64,000 nt of DNA from Pseudomonadota bacterium (GCA_022361155.1 JAKSBK010000527.1:6381-70380); one strand, 5' to 3'. Positions 42,942 to 51,442 are shown, counted from the stretch's first letter. Translations and numbers: made by a program. The notes: a model not told the origin generated them from the letters alone.

Positions 42942-44387
42942 ATGAACAGCAACCAGACGCAGCAGACACGGCGTGGCCGTCCGGGTGCCATGACCATGGC
43001 CATGCAGGCGGTTCAGCTTCGCCCTTCGGGCCCGAAGGTGCTGCGCATCGGCCTGATTCAAGGCGGGCGGATCGTCGAGGAGCGCATCGTCCGCAAACGC
43101 GAGACGGTCCTGGTGGGCACCTCGGAGAAGAACCACTTCGTGGTCCAGGCCAAGGGGCTGCCGTCGCGTTTCGAGCTGTTTCAGCTGGTCGGACAGGACT
43201 ACATCCTGAACTTCCGTGACGACATGAAGGGGCGGGTTGGGTTGCCGGGGGGGGTGCAAGACCTGCAGCAGCTGCGCTCCAGCGGCTCGGCCCGCAACGC
43301 GGGCTCCCATTGGCAGGTCAAGCTGTCCGATAACTCGCGCGGCAAGGTCGTTATCGGCAACGTGACGCTGCTGTTCCAGTTTGTCGTGCCGCCACCGGTC
43401 CAGCCCAGACCGCAGCTGCCTGCGGCCGCACGTGCGGGGTTCGTGCGCGCCCTGGATTGGCTCTTCACAGCGCACGTTACGTTCGCGTTCATGGCGATGT
43501 TTTCCCTGATCGTCTACATGGAGAACGCAGACTGGCCGATCGAACAAGGCATCGCCGCGGTTCCGGACGCGGTCGCGAGAATGATCTTCGAGGAACCGCC
43601 ACCGCCCCCGGAGGAAGAACCCCTGGAGGAAGAACCTACGGAGGCAGAAGAAGCCACGGAAGAGGCCAAGCCGGAGCCCAAGGAGACGCCCAAGAAGGAC
43701 GAGCCCGCACCCAAGGAAACCAAGGAAGAGGTGGCCGAGAAGACGGCCCGGATCGCCGAGGAGGCCGCGCAGGCGGCTGAAGCCCTGATCGTCGGAGCCT
43801 TGAGCGCCGAGGCTGGCGGCGTTCTGGCCGATGTGCTGGCAGGTGGAGCGGTCACGGGCATGGCTGAGGACGTCCTCGCGCAAGCGGCGGGTGTCGGCGT
43901 GGCGCAGTCCTCGGCGGGTGGCGCGCTTCGTACCCGGACCGGCGGGGGCCGGGGCAGCGGCGTGGGCGGGCTGGGTGCACTTGCACGTCGTGGCGGGGGC
44001 AAGGCCGTCGCCGAGGGCAAGGCGGTGGCAGAGCGCAGGATCCGTGGCCGGGCCAAGCTCAGCACCGGCGGCGGAGACATCGGGGGCACCGGAGATTTCG
44101 ACGACAAAGTGGTGATCCGCACCATCAAGACGCGGCTGCGGGCGATCCAGGCCTGCTACGAGCGAGAGCTGCGGCGCAATCCTACACTGGCGGGCAAAGT
44201 CGTAGTCCAGTTCACGATCGAGGAGCGGGGCAACGTGACCGGGTCGAAGGCAACCGAGAACACCACCGGATCCGATGCCGTGGCTTCGTGCGTGGTCAAC
44301 ACAATAAGGCGCTTTCGCTTCAACCCAGGGCCAGAGGGTGGAAGCGTGACCTATTCGTATCCCTTCGTGTTCGCCCCCCAGAACTAA
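42942..44387 (+). CDS. GltG(PglI)/NfsG-like bitopic protein: FHA-like N-domain, TM, acidic Pro-rich linker, AgmX/PglI-type (TonB-C-like) C-terminal domain
   Basis: GGGGAG 8 nt before ATG 42942. LRIGLIQGGRIVEERIVRKRETVLVGTSEKNHFVV. TM WLFTAHVTFAFMAMFSLIVYM. EEPPPPPEEEPLEEEPTEAEEATEEAKPEPKETPKKDEPAPKE. C-terminal RAIQACYERELRRNPTLAGKVVVQFTIEERGNV...SCVVNTIRRFRFNPGPEGGSVTYSYPFVF. Confidence 0.65.
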   Translation: MNSNQTQQTRRGRPGAMTMAMQAVQLRPSGPKVLRIGLIQGGRIVEERIVRKRETVLVGTSEKNHFVVQAKGLPSRFELFQLVGQDYILNFRDDMKGRVGLPGGVQDLQQLRSSGSARNAGSHWQVKLSDNSRGKVVIGNVTLLFQFVVPPPVQPRPQLPAAARAGFVRALDWLFTAHVTFAFMAMFSLIVYMENADWPIEQGIAAVPDAVARMIFEEPPPPPEEEPLEEEPTEAEEATEEAKPEPKETPKKDEPAPKETKEEVAEKTARIAEEAAQAAEALIVGALSAEAGGVLADVLAGGAVTGMAEDVLAQAAGVGVAQSSAGGALRTRTGGGRGSGVGGLGALARRGGGKAVAEGKAVAERRIRGRAKLSTGGGDIGGTGDFDDKVVIRTIKTRLRAIQACYERELRRNPTLAGKVVVQFTIEERGNVTGSKATENTTGSDAVASCVVNTIRRFRFNPGPEGGSVTYSYPFVFAPQN

Positions 44388-44545
44388 GGGCCCGCGGAAG
44401 AATAACTCATCCATTTCGCCGGTTCTGACCACCGCTGGCTATGCTGCTCCTGCTCGAAGTATCCCCAATACTCCTCGTCGTTACGCCTCGCCAGCGGCGC
44501 CCAGTCCTCACCGAAACACACGAGTTATTCTTCCGCGGGCCCTAA
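44385..44545. mobile_element. Intact MITE-like element, copy B. 155 bp (44388-44542) with 21-bp perfect terminal inverted repeats, flanked by TAA direct repeats. The left TAA is the stop codon of 42942..44387.
   Basis: Left gggcccgcggaagaataactc, right gagttattcttccgcgggccc. TAA at 44385-44387 and 44543-44545. The interior is the reverse complement of copy A, with substitutions and one 1-nt indel. Confidence 0.65.
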
Positions 44546-44660
44546 GCTCAAGTCGCCAGGATCGCTCGACATTGACAGCTAGGACGCCCCTGGCAATACT
44601 ATACGGCGGTACTCATCGAGGCGGTGTGGTAGTGGTGTTTGCGGGCAACGGGATGGCGCA

Positions 44661-45242
44661 ATGACTGGGAAACGTCTGAGTGGTAGCGTGCTGCTAGCGG
44701 CCTTCGCTCTGACGACCGGCGTGCTTGCACAGGCCGGCGGGACCGAAGGGAGCGCAAATGAGCAGCGCGAGCTTGACGTGCGTCAGCGAGCCTCGCTCAG
44801 CGGCGCGGAGCAAGTCAAAGAGGCGGGGCGCTTGTTGCAGCGGGCCGATCGCATAGCTCGTCGAGTCGCCTCGATGCTCGACGAGGCACGGCGCGAGCGT
44901 GACATCATTCGAGTTACGTGCCTGAACGACAAGCTGAATCAGATCAACGCGGGCATGCGAGCCACTGAACGCCGGCTCGAATCGCTGCGGGATGCCGTGA
45001 AGCTCAACGACGATGCGCGCCGCAATCACGAGTACACCGTGGTCACGGTGCTGGGCCAGAAGTTCACCACGCTGGAGCAAGAGGCCAACCAGTGCGTCGG
45101 CGAGGATTTGTTCGAGACCGGAACGACCCAGGTCACGACCGTGGTGGATCCTGCGACCCCAAGCGGAGAAAGCACAGCCGCACCGGCCAGCCCGACGGTT
45201 CAGGTGCCGTTCTTGCCGCAGCCTGCCAGCCCGTTCATGTAG
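44661..45242 (+). CDS. Secreted coiled-coil protein (hypothetical)
   Basis: Signal peptide SVLLAAFALTTGVLAQA; Arg/Glu/Leu-rich heptads. No family recognised. Confidence 0.55.
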   Translation: MTGKRLSGSVLLAAFALTTGVLAQAGGTEGSANEQRELDVRQRASLSGAEQVKEAGRLLQRADRIARRVASMLDEARRERDIIRVTCLNDKLNQINAGMRATERRLESLRDAVKLNDDARRNHEYTVVTVLGQKFTTLEQEANQCVGEDLFETGTTQVTTVVDPATPSGESTAAPASPTVQVPFLPQPASPFM

Positions 45243-45506
45243 CTCCCAAGGCCTTGGACCGACCCTCGAAGGCGTTGCTCGCCGACTTCGTGCTCGATCG
45301 GTCGATGCGTCTGCGATAGTGGTCGATCCGGAGTCGAGCCACCGGAGGCATGAAAGACACTATGTTGAGGATGGCGAGACGGGGCCGCGGCCGCTTGCGG
45401 GGGCGGATCGGCCACGCGGTTCCGAATCGATGCGGCGGCCGGAGGCTGGTGACCGATGCGGGCTAGACCCCACGATTTCGAGGGCCTCGGGATCGACGGG
45501 AGTGTT

Positions 45507-46100
45507 TTGAAGACACTCCCTAGGGTGGTCTGGCTGATCACGCTTGCCTTGTCGGGTTGTGGCTCGTCTGCCCGTGCTCCGGTGGTGGTTCCTCCGGTGG
45601 AAGCCAGCGAGACCGCGCTGGGGTCAGGCGATGTCTTCGACGTACGGGTGTACGGGGAAGAGGCCCTGTCCGGCACCCACCAGGTGGCCAGTGACGGAAG
45701 CATCGACTTCCCCCTTGTAGGACGCGTGCAGGTGCGGGGCCGAGAACCGACCGAGGTCGCTGATATGCTCTCGGCGAAGTTGAGAGCGGGACACTTCCTA
45801 AAGCACCCTCAAGTGTCCGTGTTGGTGCAAGAGTACGCATCCAAGCGCGTGACTGTAATGGGCGCCGTCAACCGTGCCGGGACCTTTCCCCTAACGTCAG
45901 GCCTCACGGTGGTCCAGGCTATCAGCCTCGCTGGCGGCTTTACCCCGCTCGCCAACCGCAACGGGACCCTCGTCATTCGGAGAGTGGGTGGTGAGCGGCG
46001 CCGTATCAGGGTACCGGCCGCTCAGGTCGCCGAAGGCCGTGTGGACGATTTCCCAGTCCAGGCGGGCGACACTATCCAGGTGCCGGAGAGGCTCTTCTAG
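45507..46100 (+). CDS. Short outer-membrane polysaccharide export (OPX, Wza-like) lipoprotein. An alternative start at 45456 is possible.
   Basis: TTG 45507 with GGGAG 5 nt upstream gives MKTLPRVVWLITLALSGC (lipobox). Poly_export motif GDVFDVRVYGEEALSG..VASDGSIDFPLVGRVQVRGREPTEV and SLBB-like VTVMGAVNRAGTFPL..LTVVQAISLAGG. No C-terminal OM-spanning helix region. Confidence 0.75.
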   Translation: MKTLPRVVWLITLALSGCGSSARAPVVVPPVEASETALGSGDVFDVRVYGEEALSGTHQVASDGSIDFPLVGRVQVRGREPTEVADMLSAKLRAGHFLKHPQVSVLVQEYASKRVTVMGAVNRAGTFPLTSGLTVVQAISLAGGFTPLANRNGTLVIRRVGGERRRIRVPAAQVAEGRVDDFPVQAGDTIQVPERLF

Positions 46101-46111
46101 ACCTTTCACCG

Positions 46112-46882
46112 CTAGAGATCGAATTCGGCCCATACCGGCGCGTGATCCGACGGTCGCTTGCCCTTGCGTTGATCGCGGTCGATCCAAGCTTTGCTGCAGT
46201 GCTGCGCGGCCGGGGGCGTGGCCAGGATGTGATCGATGCGCAGGCCGTTGTTCTTGGCGAAACCAAGCATGCGGTAATCCCACCAGGAAAACAGGCCTGG
46301 CTCGGCATGATGCTTGCGCAGCGTATCCACGAGTCCCCAGCGTTGGAGCTGGGCGAACTCGTCGCGCACCTGCGGCGCACACAACACCGAATGGTCCCAC
46401 TGCTCGGGGCGTGCCACGTCGCGGGTATCTGGAGCGATGTTGAAGTCACCGCAGACAAGCAGGCGGGCCGAGGGAGAGAAACGTCGGGTCAGAAAGCGCC
46501 TAAGCCGTGCAAGCCACGCTAGCTTGTACTCAAACGCGGGAGCGTCGACGTGTGATCCGTTGGGCACGTAGAGCGACATCACGTCGAGCTCATCGAACTT
46601 GGCGCAAACGATCCGTGCCTGCGGATCGTCCACACCATCATCGAATCCAAGCTTCACCTCTTTGGGGCTGGCGCGACTCAAGATCGCAACCCCGTTGTAG
46701 CTCTTCTGAGCGTGAACCGCGCAGTGGTAGCCCAATTCCTTGAGCTCGAGGTGCGGGAAGCGGTCCTCGCTGACCTTGAGCTCCTGCAGGCAGGCGAAGT
46801 CCGGTTGCTCGGAACGGAGCCATCGGGTCAGGCGCTCCAGTCGCGCGCGCACCGAGTTGACGTTCCAGGTGGCGACCTTCAT
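46112..46882 (-). CDS. xthA: Exodeoxyribonuclease III
   Basis: MKVATWNVNSVRARL, CLQELK, GDFNIAP, SDHAPV. Confidence 0.9.
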   Translation of the reverse strand: MKVATWNVNSVRARLERLTRWLRSEQPDFACLQELKVSEDRFPHLELKELGYHCAVHAQKSYNGVAILSRASPKEVKLGFDDGVDDPQARIVCAKFDELDVMSLYVPNGSHVDAPAFEYKLAWLARLRRFLTRRFSPSARLLVCGDFNIAPDTRDVARPEQWDHSVLCAPQVRDEFAQLQRWGLVDTLRKHHAEPGLFSWWDYRMLGFAKNNGLRIDHILATPPAAQHCSKAWIDRDQRKGKRPSDHAPVWAEFDL

Positions 46883-46888
46883 GGTCGC

Positions 46889-48166
46889 TCACGCGGCGAA
46901 CGGGTTGTGGCGGCTGATGGTTTGCTCCCTGTCCGGACCCACGCTCACGAGCCATACGGGGCAACCGACGCTCCGCTCCACGTACTCCACATAGTACCGC
47001 GCCGCGGCCGGCAGGTCCCCGAAGCTTGTGCACTCCTGCAGCGGCTCACTCCAGCCCGGCAGTGTTTCGTAAAGCGGTCGCAGCTCATCCAGACCGTCGT
47101 AAGGGAGACCTTCCGTTGCTGCTCCTGCGAGCTCGTGCGCTTTGCAGACCTGAATCTCCTCGAGCCCGGTCAGGACGTCGAGCTTGGTCAACGCGAGCGC
47201 GGTCATGCCGTTCAACTGAACGGCGTAGCGAAGCGCGGGCAGGTCGAGCCATCCGCAGCGCCGCGGCCGCCCGGTCGTGGCCCCAAACTCCTCACCAACC
47301 TGCCGAAAACGCTCCCCCAGCTCGCCGGCGAGCTCCGTGGGAAAGGGCCCGAGACCGACACGCGTCGTGTACGCCTTTGATATCCCGACGACGTGATCCA
47401 GCGCGGTTGGCCCCAGCCCGCTACCGCTGCACGCGCCGGCGGCGGTCGTACAGGAACTGGTTACAAAGGGATAGGTGCCGCTGTCGATGTCCAACAGCGT
47501 ACCCTGTGCTCCTTCCAGCAAGACGTGCTTGCCAGCCCTCATAGCCTCGTGAACTCGACGCGAATCGTCACCAACGAATGACGACAGGCGTGGCGCGTAG
47601 GCCAGGTAGCGCTCGAGCATGGGCTCGATGCTGGGTTGCGTTCCACCCAGGCGTTCGATGGTGTGTTGCCACCCTTTGAGGTTGTCGCAGAGTTTCTGTC
47701 TGAAGCGCCCCGGGTTCAGCAGGTCACCCACCCGGACGCCTCGGCGGCCTACCTTGTCCTCGTAGGCAGGACCAATGCCGCGCTTGGTGGTTCCGATGCC
47801 TCCGCTGCCACGCTCCCGGAGCTCGTCAACCAATAGATGCTGCGGCAGGACGAGGTGCGCCCGCTCGGAGACAAGCAGCCCGGAGGGTTGGAGCGGGACT
47901 GCACGTTCGAGCTCGGCGAGCTCCTCGACCAGCACCTCAGGGTCGATGACCATTCCGCGCCCCAGCACGCAGTCCACGTTTTCCCGCAACGCCCCGGAAG
48001 GCAGCAGGTGAAACACCCGCTTGCGACCGGATACGACCAGCGTGTGACCCGCGTTCGCACCACCCCCGAAGCGAACAACCTGATCGACGAAACGCGAGTA
48101 AATGTCGACGACCTTCCCCTTGCCCTCGTCACCCCACTGGGCGCCTGTGATCACGACCACCGACAT
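46889..48166 (-). CDS. purA: Adenylosuccinate synthetase
   Basis: GAQWGDEGKGK P-loop, GTTKRGIGPAYEDK, TTGRPRRCGWLD. Confidence 0.95.
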   Translation of the reverse strand: MSVVVITGAQWGDEGKGKVVDIYSRFVDQVVRFGGGANAGHTLVVSGRKRVFHLLPSGALRENVDCVLGRGMVIDPEVLVEELAELERAVPLQPSGLLVSERAHLVLPQHLLVDELRERGSGGIGTTKRGIGPAYEDKVGRRGVRVGDLLNPGRFRQKLCDNLKGWQHTIERLGGTQPSIEPMLERYLAYAPRLSSFVGDDSRRVHEAMRAGKHVLLEGAQGTLLDIDSGTYPFVTSSCTTAAGACSGSGLGPTALDHVVGISKAYTTRVGLGPFPTELAGELGERFRQVGEEFGATTGRPRRCGWLDLPALRYAVQLNGMTALALTKLDVLTGLEEIQVCKAHELAGAATEGLPYDGLDELRPLYETLPGWSEPLQECTSFGDLPAAARYYVEYVERSVGCPVWLVSVGPDREQTISRHNPFAA

Positions 48167-48238
48167 GCGCTTGCTCCAATCGGGACTGTGTGTTCGCTCC
48201 CGAGACTTTCGCGACCAGCGACGACCCGCGTCCTACTA

Positions 48239-50128
48239 CTACCAGCGGACGGCGTCCAGGCAGCAAAGCAGCCAGATGGCTCTCAGGGGCCTCGTGGCGT
48301 CGCGGCCGGTTGGATCGGCAAGAATCTCGCGGATCGTCCCAACACGGGTCGGCTTCTCCAGCAACGTGAGCAGCAGCCGGACGTCTTGTGGCAGCTTCGC
48401 CGCCAGCAGCTGTGCACGGACGGGTTCGATACGCACCAGCTCGCGTTGATTCTCAGAGCCTTCGATCAGGGGATGGGGCAGCCCGTGGCTCAGGCGATGC
48501 TCCAAGCCGTCGTTCAACGCGTCCCAGGGGTCCACACCCAGCGGAAACGCGCTCGCCGGTGGAGCCACGTCGGGATAGAAGGTCGCACTGCCCCCCGTCC
48601 AAGCGAAGAGATCGAGAAGCTTGGCGCGAACCTGCCTGGCGATATGCCGAAACACCTCGAGCGGATCCAGAAGCCCAAGCGCGACCAGTGTGTCTCCCAG
48701 ATGACCGTGGTAGCGCGGCAAGACTGCCAGGGCCATATCGAGCTCGGCTCGGCTGATCACCTTCCGCGTTACCAGGTACTCCCCAAACAGCTCGCTCGAG
48801 AGATTGGACGTGACGAATTGCGGTGCCCCAGCCCTGAAGTAAACCTCTTTGCGAACGCTGCCCAGCTCGCAGAGCAACAGCCCGTCCGACCCCTGGATCG
48901 CGTTCCAAGCGAACACGCGGGGGATTCCTTCGTCCGCAATGGAATGTTCCGCTAGCGGCTCGAAAGGGGCGCCTCGAAGCTGTGTCGACGAGGGCAGATG
49001 CCGTGCCAGCTCGTCCACCTCTTCTACTCTGCGAAAGGCCTCGCCGTCGACGCTGACTCTATCGCCGCCGTCAACGGCCCCCGTCCTGACGGCAGCGACG
49101 ATCTGGGAGAGCCCACCCTGCAGCTGCCCACCCTTGGCGCAGACCTGGTAGTCGCTGAGCCGTTGCCGCTCGCTCTGGCCCGATCCCGGCGACGCTGGCG
49201 CTGGCCTTGGGGCCTCGGAGTCGGCTGCCTGGTAGGCCTCGCCCGCTACTCGCACCAATTCGGCGCGCGCTTCATCGCTGCACATCGTGAACGGCGCAAG
49301 CTCCTGCGCCAGGTGCTGAGCCGTGCCGGTTCGCTCGCGCGGATCTCGGGCCAGCGCCCTGCCGAGCACATCATGGAGACCTTCCGGCCATCCGGTTGCT
49401 TCGTCGCCCAGCGGATCCAGGCTGGCGTCGCGCACCGCCAGCAATACACCCAGGTCGTCTGCGGCTTCGAACAAAGACCGTCCCAGGAGCAGCTCCGCAA
49501 GCACCGCCGCCGCAGAGAACACCTCTGCCTGTTCACCACGCGGAGGATGCTCGTGCAGGATCTCCTCAGGCGCCAGGTACGCGAGCTCGCTTGCCACGTT
49601 GGCCGGATGCGCGCCAGGCTGCACAGCGTCCAGGTCGTCACGCAATCCCGAAATCCCGAGCTTCGCACTGCCATCCAGGCCAATCAGCACGTTCCAAGGT
49701 CGGATACCATGGTGAGCCAACGCGGGGCTCCGGCGTTGACCGCCAGCCTTCTTTCGCACGGCCTGAATGGCGAGCAGCAGCTGTCCACCGATCCACAGCG
49801 CAGCCTGGAGCGAAAGCCGGCGACCTTGCGCCCGCAGGCATCGGTTCAACCGCTCTAGATCGAGCCCGTCCATGGCCTCCAGCACCACATACGGCAGGTC
49901 GCCTTGCAGTCCATGATCGAGCACACGCATGAGATTGGGGTGCCTCAGCCCGGCCGCCAGCTGCGCTTCCCGCGCGAACTGCTCCCGCGCACGCTCTTCT
50001 GCGGCCGAGGCCAGCAGCAGCCTGCTCAATACCACCGTCTGGCCGTGGCCCTCGCCATCCCGGACCGCACGAAAAAGCTCGCAGCGACCGCGCACGGCCA
50101 CCCGTTCAAGGAGCGTGTACGGCCCCAT
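48239..50128 (-). CDS. Ser/Thr protein kinase homologue lacking catalytic residues (predicted pseudokinase), with a C-terminal DUF4388/GspE_N-like region
   Basis: Kinase fold is recognisable (RHPNLMRVLDHG, YVVLEAMDG, LAYLAPEE). However, the Gly-loop reads AVRGRC, VAIK reads VVLS, HRDLKPxN reads HHGIRPWN and DFG reads ISG. Start set at ATG 50128 (MGPYTLLERV). Confidence 0.75.
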   Translation of the reverse strand: MGPYTLLERVAVRGRCELFRAVRDGEGHGQTVVLSRLLLASAAEERAREQFAREAQLAAGLRHPNLMRVLDHGLQGDLPYVVLEAMDGLDLERLNRCLRAQGRRLSLQAALWIGGQLLLAIQAVRKKAGGQRRSPALAHHGIRPWNVLIGLDGSAKLGISGLRDDLDAVQPGAHPANVASELAYLAPEEILHEHPPRGEQAEVFSAAAVLAELLLGRSLFEAADDLGVLLAVRDASLDPLGDEATGWPEGLHDVLGRALARDPRERTGTAQHLAQELAPFTMCSDEARAELVRVAGEAYQAADSEAPRPAPASPGSGQSERQRLSDYQVCAKGGQLQGGLSQIVAAVRTGAVDGGDRVSVDGEAFRRVEEVDELARHLPSSTQLRGAPFEPLAEHSIADEGIPRVFAWNAIQGSDGLLLCELGSVRKEVYFRAGAPQFVTSNLSSELFGEYLVTRKVISRAELDMALAVLPRYHGHLGDTLVALGLLDPLEVFRHIARQVRAKLLDLFAWTGGSATFYPDVAPPASAFPLGVDPWDALNDGLEHRLSHGLPHPLIEGSENQRELVRIEPVRAQLLAAKLPQDVRLLLTLLEKPTRVGTIREILADPTGRDATRPLRAIWLLCCLDAVRW

Positions 50129-50252
50129 GCGTGCACGTTTGGATGACCGGCTGCGGGCTGACGTGGGACGGGTGGGGCGAGTCACAAACGCACTCGGCAA
50201 CAGACCCTCATCATCGCCCGAGAATCCCGCGACGCCAAGAAGAGGGTGTCTC

Positions 50253-50306
50253 CTCGCTCTCAATGCAGTGCTCGCTCCCAATGTGGTGCTCGCTCTCAAT
50301 GCAGTG
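50253..50306. repeat. 18-bp tandem repeat x3 (ctcgctctcaatgcagtg / ctcgctcccaatgtggtg / ctcgctctcaatgcagtg) in the divergent intergenic region
   Basis: Read directly. Units 1 and 3 are identical; unit 2 differs at 3 positions. Confidence 0.9.
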
Positions 50307-50447
50307 CAGCGCTGCTACGACTCGTTCGGACCGGTTCAAACCGATCGGCGTTCCAGGTGAACGTATGTCTCGTCCTGCGGCATCCCGGCAGCGCGCCCGA
50401 GCCTGGGCTGGCACCTGACTGGCGCTTGAGTTATCACGAGCGTGCCC

Positions 50448-51104
50448 ATGGCGGACCCAGACTCCAGGTCGGGCCGGCGTTATGCCGACCGCGAGCTGTT
50501 GCGCTATGTAGAGCGCGTCCACTGCACGAGCGAAAGCGAGCTGGATCGCGCGTTCGAGGCTCCGGAGCTGCACGCAATCCCTGCGATCCAGCTTGGCAAG
50601 TCCGAAGCTGCCATGGTGGGCTTGTTGATACGCCTCCTGCGTGGCCCTCGGGTGGTGGAGATCGGCACCCTTGCGGGTTACTCCGCGCTGCACATCGCCC
50701 GGGCGCTACCCGACGAGGGCAGGCTGTGGACGCTGGAGTCGGATCCCCGGCATGCGCGAATCGCACGCGAAAACCTGCAAGAGGCAGGCATGGGTGCCAA
50801 GGTCGACGTGGTGTTGGGACCAGCGCTGGAGACCCTGCCTGGGCTAGCTGCGCGCGCGGGGCCCTTTGATGCGGTCTTGATCGATGCGGACAAGGAAGCC
50901 TATCCGGATTATGGACGCTGGGCCTCGGCCAACCTGCGATCCGGCGGGCTGCTGATCGCCGACAACGTCTACTACTTCGGAGAGCTGCTTGCGGACACGC
51001 CGGGCGCGGCGGCCATGCGCCGCTTTCACGAAGAGGCCGCACGCAACTTCGACACCGTCTGCGTTCCGACTCCGGACGGCATGCTCCTGGGCCTGAAGCG
51101 CTGA
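50448..51104 (+). CDS. Class I SAM-dependent O-methyltransferase (caffeoyl-CoA OMT-like, Methyltransf_3)
   Basis: VVEIGTLAGYSALHIARAL (motif I), FDAVLIDADKEAY, GGLLIADNV. Confidence 0.8.
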   Translation: MADPDSRSGRRYADRELLRYVERVHCTSESELDRAFEAPELHAIPAIQLGKSEAAMVGLLIRLLRGPRVVEIGTLAGYSALHIARALPDEGRLWTLESDPRHARIARENLQEAGMGAKVDVVLGPALETLPGLAARAGPFDAVLIDADKEAYPDYGRWASANLRSGGLLIADNVYYFGELLADTPGAAAMRRFHEEAARNFDTVCVPTPDGMLLGLKR

Positions 51105-51442
51105 AAGGCCAACCATGAAGGCCGGACACAGCCGGCGCCTGCAGCCCCTCCCATGGTATGGAACCTGACCTGGAGCGTGGGATGCCGCGGGCGCGCACGG
51201 GGCATCGCGCAAAACCTGGACGACTCACGCCGCAATACCAAAAAAAGGCGGCGGGCTGGCCCGGACAGCCCGAACACGCTTGACGCACTACCCCGGATCG
51301 GCGGATAAAGCCGCCAAGAGTCGGCCACAGTTGCGCGCTGGCAGGTTCCCATTCACAGCCTTGCAAGTGCTGGCGTGGCGTTGCAGCGACCATGCGGGTC
51401 TGACGTTGGAACCCGCGCTTCCGAGCTCAGGACGGCGAATCG

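Noticed and set aside
51236-51310. An A7 tract next to a GGGCTG/CAGCCC hairpin, which on the minus strand would read as hairpin plus T7 (an intrinsic-terminator shape). A TTGACG-N18-GATAAA promoter-like pair (51280-51309) lies upstream of actA.
   Set aside because: No minus-strand gene or sRNA is evident to terminate here. A 5-6-nt spacer separates the stem from the T-tract. The promoter hexamers are weak. Worth checking only with transcriptome data.
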